Shown here piece after piece: positions 6,752-13,864 of a stretch of 64,000 bases of DNA (position 1 is its first letter; each line of letters begins with the position of its first letter). Where the stretch lies: NCBI GenBank assembly GCA_947085565.1, contig CAMTWZ010000006.1, positions 66,207 through 130,206 of the forward strand, read 5' to 3'. Made by a program: the position numbers and the translations under genes. The stretch comes from an uncultured Bacteroidota bacterium (GTDB lineage Bacteria > Bacteroidota > Rhodothermia > Balneolales > HLUCCA01). The notes beneath the pieces were generated by a model, which did no database searches, was not told the origin of the DNA, and worked only from the letters and a program-made list of their open reading frames with translations.

Positions 6752-9367
6752 ATGAATCTGAACAAATTCACTGTCAAAGCCCAGGAGGCCGTTCAGGCCG
6801 CGTTGGAATTGGCGGCGGCGCGTTCGCACCAGGCCCTCGACCCCCTGCATCTCTTGTCCGCCTTGGCCAACGACGAGACCGGCGTGGTCCGATCCATCCT
6901 TTCCAAGCTCGAAGTCCCGGTTTCTAGCCTCTCCCGTGCCGTCGATGCCGCGATCTCGCGCCTTCCCGTGGTGCAAGGCGCCGCCGTGTCGGGCTCGTAC
7001 CTGTCGAACGATCTGAAAGCCGTGCTCGACGCCGCGCTCAAGGAAGCCTCCAAGATGGACGATGAGTACGTCAGTTCCGAGCATCTTCTCTTGGCCTTGG
7101 CCGATTCCAAATCCGAAGCGGGGACCCTCCTCAAAGCCGAAAAACTGACCCGCGCCGCGTTGACCAAGGTCATCCTCGAGATCCGCGGTACCCGTAAATC
7201 CGACGATCCGAACGCCGAAACGCAGTACCAATCCCTGAAAAAATATGCGCGCGACCTGAACGAGCTCGCCGAGAAGAACAAGCTCGATCCGGTGATCGGC
7301 CGCGATGGCGAAATCCGACGCGTCATGCAGATCCTCACGCGCCGCACCAAGAACAACCCGGTTTTGGTCGGCGAGCCCGGCGTGGGCAAGACGGCCATCG
7401 CCGAGGGCTTGGCCCTGCGGATCGTGACGGGAGATGTTCCTGAAGGACTCAAAACCAAGCGCATCGTCGCCCTCGACATGGGTGCGCTCGTGGCCGGAAC
7501 CAAGTTCCGTGGCGAATTCGAAGACCGCCTGAAAGCCGTGATCCGCGAAGTGGAAGACTCGAACGGCGAAATCATCCTGTTCATCGACGAAATTCACACC
7601 TTAGTGGGTGCCGGTGCTGCGGAAGGCGCCATGGACGCGGCGAACATCCTCAAACCGAGCCTGGCTCGCGGAGAAATGCGTGCCATCGGGGCCACCACGC
7701 TCACCGAGTATCGCAAGTTCATCGAAAAAGACAAGGCGCTGGAGCGTCGTTTGCAAACCGTTCTCGTGGGCGAGCCGAGCGTCGAAGACACGGTCTCCAT
7801 CCTCCGCGGACTCAAAGAACGGTACGAGCTCCATCACGGCGTGCGCATTTCCGATGCGGCGGTGGTGGCGGCGGCCGAACTCTCGCATCGCTACATCAGC
7901 GACCGCTTCCTTCCAGACAAAGCCATCGATCTGATCGATGAGGCGGCCTCGCGCTTGCGTTTGCAGATCGATTCGATGCCGGAAGAGCTGGATCATGTGG
8001 GTCGTCAAATCCGTCAGTTGGAAATCGAGCGGGAGGCCTTGAAGCGGGAAAAAGACACGTCGCGTCAGGAGCCGATCGAGCGGGAACTGGCAAATCTTCA
8101 GGAATCGCACAATGCCTTGCGCGGACAGTGGGACCGTGAAAAAAGCCTTATCCAGCGCATCCGCGAGCTGAAACTGGCCATCGAAACGGCGCGCAACGAG
8201 GCCGACAAAGCCGAGCGAGCCGGCAATTTCGAGCGCGTGGCTGAACTGCGGTACGGAACCATCATCCAGCTTGAAAAAGAGCTGAATGAAGCGCAATCCA
8301 CCGACAACATCATGCTCAAGGAAGAGGTGTATGCCGAGGACATCGCCGACATCGTGTCGCGCTGGACGGGCGTTCCGGTCAAGAAAATGCTGCAGAGCGA
8401 ACGGAATAAGTTATTGGTGCTGGAGGAGGACCTTCACAAAAGAGTCGTGGGCCAACAGCCGGCGATTGAAGCCGTGGCGAATGCTGTGAGGAGGAGTCGC
8501 GCCGGGTTGCAGGACGAAAGCAAACCCATCGGCTCGTTCATCTTCCTGGGCTCCACTGGAGTCGGGAAAACCGAGCTGGCGCGGGCCTTGGCCGAATCGC
8601 TGTTCAACGACGAGCATGCCATGATCCGCATCGACATGAGCGAATACATGGAGAAACACAGCGTGTCGCGCTTGGTGGGCGCGCCTCCGGGCTATGTAGG
8701 GTATGATGAAGGCGGACAACTGACCGAAGCGGTGCGTCGGCGTCCGTATTCCGTGCTCTTGCTCGACGAAATCGAAAAAGCGCATCCGGATGTGTTCAAC
8801 ATCCTGCTTCAGGTGTTGGACGACGGTCGCCTCACCGACTCGAAAGGAGTGACGGTCAACTTCCGCAACACCATCATCATCATGACCTCGAATCTGGGCT
8901 CGCAGCTCATCCAGCGGAAGATCGATGAATCTGGCGGCAAGATGGATGCGATCGTGTACGACGAGCTTCAGGCGGCGCTGTTGGCGCAGTTGCGGCAGAC
9001 CATCCGTCCGGAGTTCCTGAACCGTATCGACGACGTGATCGTCTTCCATCCGTTGTCGAAAGAGCATCTGCGGTTCGTGGTCGACATCCAACTCACGAAC
9101 GTGCTGGCGCGCCTGGCCAAACAGGGGATTTCCCTGCATGTGCCGGAAAACGTCAAAGATTGGCTTGCGGTGAAGGGGTATGACGCCACGTACGGAGCGC
9201 GGCCGCTCAAACGGCTCATTCAGACGCAGGTGATCAACAAACTGGCCACGATGATGCTGCTGCGCGACGGCGAGTCGAAAGCCGAGTACGATGTACGCAT
9301 CGCGCGCGACGGAGAGCGGCTCGAATTCGCCGAAGTGTTCGATGATGTGAGCGCGTGGGCGGAATAG
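6752..9367 (+). CDS. clpB: ATP-dependent chaperone ClpB
   Basis: Two AAA+ modules ([16 protein letters not shown]), a long coiled-coil middle domain, and a Clp N-domain beginning MNLNKFT. Start set at ATG 6752 rather than the upstream alternative codon at 6668. Confidence 0.95.
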   Translation: MNLNKFTVKAQEAVQAALELAAARSHQALDPLHLLSALANDETGVVRSILSKLEVPVSSLSRAVDAAISRLPVVQGAAVSGSYLSNDLKAVLDAALKEASKMDDEYVSSEHLLLALADSKSEAGTLLKAEKLTRAALTKVILEIRGTRKSDDPNAETQYQSLKKYARDLNELAEKNKLDPVIGRDGEIRRVMQILTRRTKNNPVLVGEPGVGKTAIAEGLALRIVTGDVPEGLKTKRIVALDMGALVAGTKFRGEFEDRLKAVIREVEDSNGEIILFIDEIHTLVGAGAAEGAMDAANILKPSLARGEMRAIGATTLTEYRKFIEKDKALERRLQTVLVGEPSVEDTVSILRGLKERYELHHGVRISDAAVVAAAELSHRYISDRFLPDKAIDLIDEAASRLRLQIDSMPEELDHVGRQIRQLEIEREALKREKDTSRQEPIERELANLQESHNALRGQWDREKSLIQRIRELKLAIETARNEADKAERAGNFERVAELRYGTIIQLEKELNEAQSTDNIMLKEEVYAEDIADIVSRWTGVPVKKMLQSERNKLLVLEEDLHKRVVGQQPAIEAVANAVRRSRAGLQDESKPIGSFIFLGSTGVGKTELARALAESLFNDEHAMIRIDMSEYMEKHSVSRLVGAPPGYVGYDEGGQLTEAVRRRPYSVLLLDEIEKAHPDVFNILLQVLDDGRLTDSKGVTVNFRNTIIIMTSNLGSQLIQRKIDESGGKMDAIVYDELQAALLAQLRQTIRPEFLNRIDDVIVFHPLSKEHLRFVVDIQLTNVLARLAKQGISLHVPENVKDWLAVKGYDATYGARPLKRLIQTQVINKLATMMLLRDGESKAEYDVRIARDGERLEFAEVFDDVSAWAE

Positions 9368-9369
9368 GA

Positions 9370-9397
9370 GATGCTAGATGCGGGATGCGAGATGCTA
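9370..9397 (+). repeat. tandem array (GATGCNN) x4, left arm
   Basis: Units gatgcta, gatgcgg, gatgcga, gatgcta, starting 3 nt after the clpB stop. It overlaps the stop codon of the four-helix-bundle gene at 9395. Confidence 0.9.
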
Positions 9398-9766
9398 TCG
9401 ACGTTTGGGAATATCTGACTCCACTTTTTTCATGAAGTTGATCAGCATGGACCGCAGATGATTCACTATTCCTGCTTCTCTATCCAAATCATCATTCGAA
9501 ATATAACCTAGGTCGCAGGCAATGATCAGATGACATTCGACTTCATTAGCGGAACCTAAAGCGATTTCAAGAAAACGATAAAAATCATTCGCTGATCTTC
9601 GCGACGCACCTTCCGCTATGTTCGCAGCGATAGTTGCCACTGCTCTGCATAATTGATTTGTCAGTCGGAAACGCTCCTTAGTAGGAAAATGGTCCGCTAA
9701 TAAGTAAATCTCCTTCGTCATGGTTCGAGACATTTGCCATATAGACAACTGTTTGAAATCTCTCAT
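9395..9766 (-). CDS. four helix bundle protein (23S rRNA intervening sequence protein / Avd-like family), second paralogue
   Basis: MRDFKQLSIWQMSRTMTKEIYLL..FPTKERFRLTNQLCRAVATIAANIAEGASRRS..FYRFLEIALGSANEVECHLII fits the family. The start at 9766 puts the conserved leader motif at the same distance as in cassette 1; 9787 is also possible. Confidence 0.85.
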   Translation of the reverse strand: MRDFKQLSIWQMSRTMTKEIYLLADHFPTKERFRLTNQLCRAVATIAANIAEGASRRSANDFYRFLEIALGSANEVECHLIIACDLGYISNDDLDREAGIVNHLRSMLINFMKKVESDIPKRR

Positions 9767-9813
9767 GTAATTCTCCTTATGGTTCATAATGTTAGGAGGC
9801 CATTTTTGAGGAT

Positions 9814-9841
9814 TTCTTACAAAATCAGCACAGATTTAGGA
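9814..9841 (-). promoter_or_regulatory. conserved leader/promoter motif, copy 2 (TTCTTAC-N7-GCACAGATTTAGGA)
   Basis: Identical 7-nt and 14-nt blocks with the same 7-nt spacer length as 5838-5865. Confidence 0.5.
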
Positions 9842-9857
9842 TAAATAGTCTTGCTTC

Positions 9858-9892
9858 TAGCATCCCGCATCAAGCATCCCGCATCCCGCATC
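9858..9892 (+). repeat. tandem array (NNGCATC) x5, right arm (reverse complement of left arm)
   Basis: Units tagcatc, ccgcatc, aagcatc, ccgcatc, ccgcatc. The last unit overlaps the stop codon (9891-9893) of the OMP gene. Confidence 0.9.
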
Positions 9893-10442
9893 AAAATCTT
9901 AAGGTCACCCCGATATGAAATCTACCTTTCGCTTCACGGAATTTTTGCGCGGCGGAATCGACATCCTGGAAGTTCGAGAAGCGGTATTCCATATACGGTT
10001 CCAAGATCGGAAGCGCGGAAATCGAGACCCCTAACAATCCATAGAAATATGCGGTGTTGTTCTGCTGGCTGGCGGCTCCATCCGGCCTGAAATCCCATTG
10101 TTCGGCACCGGCTCCAACACCTGCGTAGGGATTGAAGAGGCCGAATCGGAGTCCGGCGAGCACGGTTCCGCCGAAATCATAGGCTTCGATGGTGGACGGT
10201 TCCGGACTGAAGATCGGCAGGAATTGCGGTTCGTATTCCGTGTCTTTGAAGTAGCTGGCGTGGATGCGGGTCCGCAGGAAAATGACGGGAATGCGGAAGA
10301 CATCCCGCTCGAACTGAATGCCGTAGCCGTTGGCAGGGGCTTGGTCGCGGCGTTCAAAACTGGCGCCGACGCCCCACTGGGCAAGGGCGGTTTCGGGAAA
10401 GGTGGCAAGGCCGATCAGTGTAAGAAGAAGAAGTTTTTTCAT
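9891..10442 (-). CDS. small outer-membrane beta-barrel protein
   Basis: Signal peptide MKKLLLLTLIGLATFPETALAQ, alternating Gly/aromatic beta-strand pattern, and a terminal F (..GVTLRF). Start set at the ATG that gives the signal peptide. Confidence 0.7.
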   Translation of the reverse strand: MKKLLLLTLIGLATFPETALAQWGVGASFERRDQAPANGYGIQFERDVFRIPVIFLRTRIHASYFKDTEYEPQFLPIFSPEPSTIEAYDFGGTVLAGLRFGLFNPYAGVGAGAEQWDFRPDGAASQQNNTAYFYGLLGVSISALPILEPYMEYRFSNFQDVDSAAQKFREAKGRFHIGVTLRF

Positions 10443-10648
10443 GAGGTATATCATTCTGGTTACGCCCATGAAAACCGCGGAAATGAAAAAATGTTGCCGA
10501 TCAGGGGTCAATTTTTGATGAAGTGACGACGCGTAAGAACTCCATTTCGAGTTGTGGATCACCCCAAATCATGGGTGCGAGGTATTCCTGAATTTAAAAT
10601 TTATCATTTAAAATTCGTCTAGCCGTATCTTTACGCCTCGATTGGAAT

Positions 10649-10734
10649 GCCGCAGTGGTGAAATGGTAGACACGTTGGACTTAAAATCCAATGAGCCTCA
10701 AAAGCTCGTACCGGTTCGAGTCCGGTCTGCGGTA
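10649..10734 (+). tRNA. tRNA-Leu (anticodon UAA), class II with long variable arm
   Basis: Hand-folded: acceptor GCCGCAG/CTGCGGT, 3-bp D stem, anticodon stem ttgga/tccaa with loop cTTAAaa, an 18-nt variable arm, and T arm accgg-ttcgagt-ccggt. CCA is not encoded. Confidence 0.9.
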
Positions 10735-10736
10735 CA

Positions 10737-11492
10737 ATGACCTTTCACGACATCCAATCAAAAGTCGGCGCCGTTCCGTACATCACAAAAGAGAACGCCC
10801 GCTTTTTGTATGACCTGATTCTCCGAGAAAAGATCGGTTCCATCTTGGAACTGGGTGTGGCCCATGGCACCGCGACTTGCGTGATGGCCGCCGCGCTCGA
10901 CGAACTCGGTCAAGGCCGCATCACCGCGGTGGATCTGATCGAGGCTGAGAAGGAGTTCGATCCTTCGCCTGAAATTCAGCTATCGGCCTGCGGATTCTCG
11001 GATCGGGTCGACATCCGTCGCATGCAAAGCGGATACACGTGGTTTTTGCATGACGCCATTGTCGAAAACACGGTCAACGATGTCTGCACGCCGGTGTACG
11101 ATCTGATCGTGATCGACGGACCCAAGAACTGGACCATAGACGGTGCCGCGTTTTTCATGGCCGACAAGTTACTTAAGCCAGGCGGATGGATCATTTTCGA
11201 TGACGTGCATTGGACGTACGCCGAGGCCGACACCCGGCGCGATTCGACCGACGGAATCACACATTGCAGCTTATCCGTGGAAGAGCGCTGCACACCGCAC
11301 ATCCTGCATGTGGTCGATTACCTCGTGAAGCAGCATCCTTCCTACGGCGAAATCACAGTGCTCGAAGACCGGGACTGGGCGGTGGCTCGGAAAATCGAGT
11401 CCGCAAGCAAAACATACACGGTCGTGAATCAGGAATCGACGCGTAGTCTGTTTCGAAAGGTTTTAGCGGCTTTTTATCATCGGCTGAAATAG
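10737..11492 (+). CDS. class I SAM-dependent methyltransferase
   Basis: SAM-binding ILELGVAHGTATCVMAAAL, DLIVIDGPKNW and GGWIIFDDV. The only ATG upstream of the conserved N-terminal region lies 2 nt after the tRNA. Confidence 0.75.
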   Translation: MTFHDIQSKVGAVPYITKENARFLYDLILREKIGSILELGVAHGTATCVMAAALDELGQGRITAVDLIEAEKEFDPSPEIQLSACGFSDRVDIRRMQSGYTWFLHDAIVENTVNDVCTPVYDLIVIDGPKNWTIDGAAFFMADKLLKPGGWIIFDDVHWTYAEADTRRDSTDGITHCSLSVEERCTPHILHVVDYLVKQHPSYGEITVLEDRDWAVARKIESASKTYTVVNQESTRSLFRKVLAAFYHRLK

Positions 11493-11557
11493 ATTTGTTA
11501 TTTAGGCGGGGGGGGTATATTCGACATGAATCAACCTGCACACCTTACAGAACCAGC

Positions 11558-13861
11558 ATGAAATCCTCCACATTGTTTGCACTGTTCTTTGCAGCCTTTC
11601 TTTTCGTCTCGAACCAATCTCAGGCCCAAGTCACAACATTTCCGCTATCAGGGTTGGATGGAACCGTGACAGCCACCTTATGGTCGGGTGAGGATCTGAT
11701 CATCGGCGGCAGCTTCGTCTGGGTTGACGGATCCGTTCGTTTGAATCGAATCGGACGCTGGGATGGCACCACGTTTCATGCATACGGTGAAGGATTCAAT
11801 GGATCGGTCAATGCTCTTACGGTGCTGAAGAACGGGACCTTGGTCGCCGCAGGTACATTCACCCACAGTGGGGAGACGGTTCTGAATCGCATCGCCAGAT
11901 GGAATGGGCAGGAATGGCTTCCGTTCGGGACCGGTTTCGAATCCGGTGAAGTGTTCGCTTTAAGCGAGTTCCGTGGTGAATTGGTCGCCGCGGGTCTGTT
12001 ATCGAGTGGAAACAATGTCATGAAATGGAATGGGGAGACTTGGACGACGTTGGGATTGGGATTCAATGACGGCGCAATTAACTCCCTGATCGTCTTCCAA
12101 GATCAACTCATTGCCGGCGGTGAGTTTAGAGTCAGGTCCGGAGTGACGTTCAATCGCATCGCACGATGGAATGGCGACACATGGTCGCCGATGGGGCCGG
12201 GTTTCTTCAGTGGTCGGGTCAGGTCGCTGGTGATTTGGAACGATTCTCTCATCGCAAGTGGGTCTTTCTCATCACTCAGCACATTTGAAGAGGCTTATCG
12301 AGTGGTTCGTTGGAACGGGACAACCTGGGCAACTGTCGGCACACCGCCATCGGTGGATTTCCAAAGTCTTGCCGTTCACGACAATACCCTGTTTGGATCC
12401 AATGGAAACGGAATCTATCGCCTCAATGGGACGGCGTGGAACCTGACCTGGTTCAGGCCAATCGAATTGGGATTTGCAGGAAGTTTTGCATCGATGTCAT
12501 CCAACGGAGGTCGACTTGCCATTGGAGGTAGCTTCTTTGATTCATCCACCCGAATGAAGAATTTGGCCATATGGGATGGAAGCGGGTTTACGCGAAGTCC
12601 GATCGGCGAGAGAAAATCCGGAATCAACGCGACTGTACTGGCGCTTCAGAAAACCAACTCGGGAATGGCCATCGGTGGATTCTTCACTACGGTGGCAGAC
12701 CGACTCCAACCCATGATAACCGAATTCAGCGGATCGGGATTCGATACCTCGATTGTCGCCTTAAATGGTCCGGTTCGAGCCATGACCGCTTGGGGAGATA
12801 CCTTGGTGGCCGTTGGTTCCTTCATATCCGCTGGCACGATCCAAGCCAACATCCTATTCCACAACATCGCGCTGTTTGACGGGGAGTCGTGGTCGGGAAT
12901 CGGAGATGGTTTGAGGGCTACGGCGCATTCAGTGACCCGGCACCAAGGAGACATCATCGCCGGTGGGAGCAGTTTCAGAACAGCGGATGGCACTCTCATT
13001 GGGAATATCGTTCGATGGACTGGGACAGATTGGCAATTGATGGGGGATGGGTTCACAGGACAAGTCTTCTCCCTGTACTCCAATGGGACCACCTTGTATG
13101 CAGGGGGTTCATTTACCCGAAGCGGCGCTCGAACCATCAATCGCATCGCGCGTTGGGATGGTGCCGCATGGCAATCGTTGAGTGGTGGATTCAATGGAAA
13201 TGTTTTAACTCTTACCGAATTTGGCGGCTCTCTGATTGCTGCCGGTGAATTCACACAATCTGGAACCGTGGGTATGAACCGCATCGCCCAATGGACAGGA
13301 TCCGCATGGCAACCTTTAGGTACGGGATTGCCCGGAACAGTGAATGTGCTGCTTGCTGACGGCAATGTTCTGTATGCGGGAGGTGCATTTCCTGGAGGAG
13401 TTGCCAAATGGACTGGTACGACTTGGGAGATTGTGGGGAGCGGAATGGACGGACAAGTGTATGCCTTGGCACTAAAAGGTCGGGAGTTGCATATCGGAGG
13501 TTCCTTCAACACCATTGATGGCCAAGCCAGCTCCTCCTATGCGATTCGATTGCTTGATCCGACTTCTGTGGATTCATCGGTTGACGAACGTCCGTCACGT
13601 GCCATACTTCATCAAAACTACCCCAATCCGTTCAATCCGACCACGACGCTTCGGTTCGAGCTCCCATCCGCGACGAAGGTGAACCTTGAACTTTTCGACA
13701 TGCTAGGTCGCCGCGTGGCGACTGTGATTTCGGGTCAGCTCATGACCTCAGGCTCACACGACATCCCCCTTAACGCAGAAAGCCTGGCGACAGGAGTATA
13801 CCTGGCCAGGCTTTCGACATCCGATCACGTTTCCGCGATCAAACTCAGCGTTCTGAAATAA
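11558..13861 (+). CDS. beta-propeller repeat protein with T9SS C-terminal sorting domain
   Basis: Signal peptide MKSSTLFALFFAAFLFVSNQSQAQ, more than ten ~50-aa repeats of the pattern NRIARW[ND]G..W..LG.GF.G.V.AL, and a [17 protein letters not shown]...LSVLK. Confidence 0.75.
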   Translation: MKSSTLFALFFAAFLFVSNQSQAQVTTFPLSGLDGTVTATLWSGEDLIIGGSFVWVDGSVRLNRIGRWDGTTFHAYGEGFNGSVNALTVLKNGTLVAAGTFTHSGETVLNRIARWNGQEWLPFGTGFESGEVFALSEFRGELVAAGLLSSGNNVMKWNGETWTTLGLGFNDGAINSLIVFQDQLIAGGEFRVRSGVTFNRIARWNGDTWSPMGPGFFSGRVRSLVIWNDSLIASGSFSSLSTFEEAYRVVRWNGTTWATVGTPPSVDFQSLAVHDNTLFGSNGNGIYRLNGTAWNLTWFRPIELGFAGSFASMSSNGGRLAIGGSFFDSSTRMKNLAIWDGSGFTRSPIGERKSGINATVLALQKTNSGMAIGGFFTTVADRLQPMITEFSGSGFDTSIVALNGPVRAMTAWGDTLVAVGSFISAGTIQANILFHNIALFDGESWSGIGDGLRATAHSVTRHQGDIIAGGSSFRTADGTLIGNIVRWTGTDWQLMGDGFTGQVFSLYSNGTTLYAGGSFTRSGARTINRIARWDGAAWQSLSGGFNGNVLTLTEFGGSLIAAGEFTQSGTVGMNRIAQWTGSAWQPLGTGLPGTVNVLLADGNVLYAGGAFPGGVAKWTGTTWEIVGSGMDGQVYALALKGRELHIGGSFNTIDGQASSSYAIRLLDPTSVDSSVDERPSRAILHQNYPNPFNPTTTLRFELPSATKVNLELFDMLGRRVATVISGQLMTSGSHDIPLNAESLATGVYLARLSTSDHVSAIKLSVLK

Positions 13862-13864
13862 TCC

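Larger units (their letters stand above)
9370..9892 (-). other. IVS-like cassette 2: four-helix-bundle gene and leader bracketed by inverted 7-nt arrays
   Basis: Same architecture and almost the same size (523 vs 539 bp) as cassette 1, but with a different repeat unit. It fills the junction of convergent clpB and an OMP gene. Confidence 0.5.

Noticed and set aside
6575-7597. Very long antisense ORFs opposite well-supported genes. Examples: 6575-7597 opposite clpB, 17531-18574 opposite the mutase, 27380-28516 opposite GH130, 31969-32922 opposite GH5, 50208-51392 opposite the carboxyltransferase, and 15686-16693 opposite the OMP.
   Set aside because: Their translations are Arg/Gly/His/Asp-rich low-information sequence with no motifs. 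Each lies entirely within a gene whose sense-strand product is unmistakable. These are typical shadow ORFs of moderately GC-rich coding DNA.
10649-13861. A genomic island integrated at tRNA-Leu.
   Set aside because: There are no integrase, no direct repeat of the tRNA 3' end, and no mobility genes. The cargo is just a methyltransferase and a T9SS protein.
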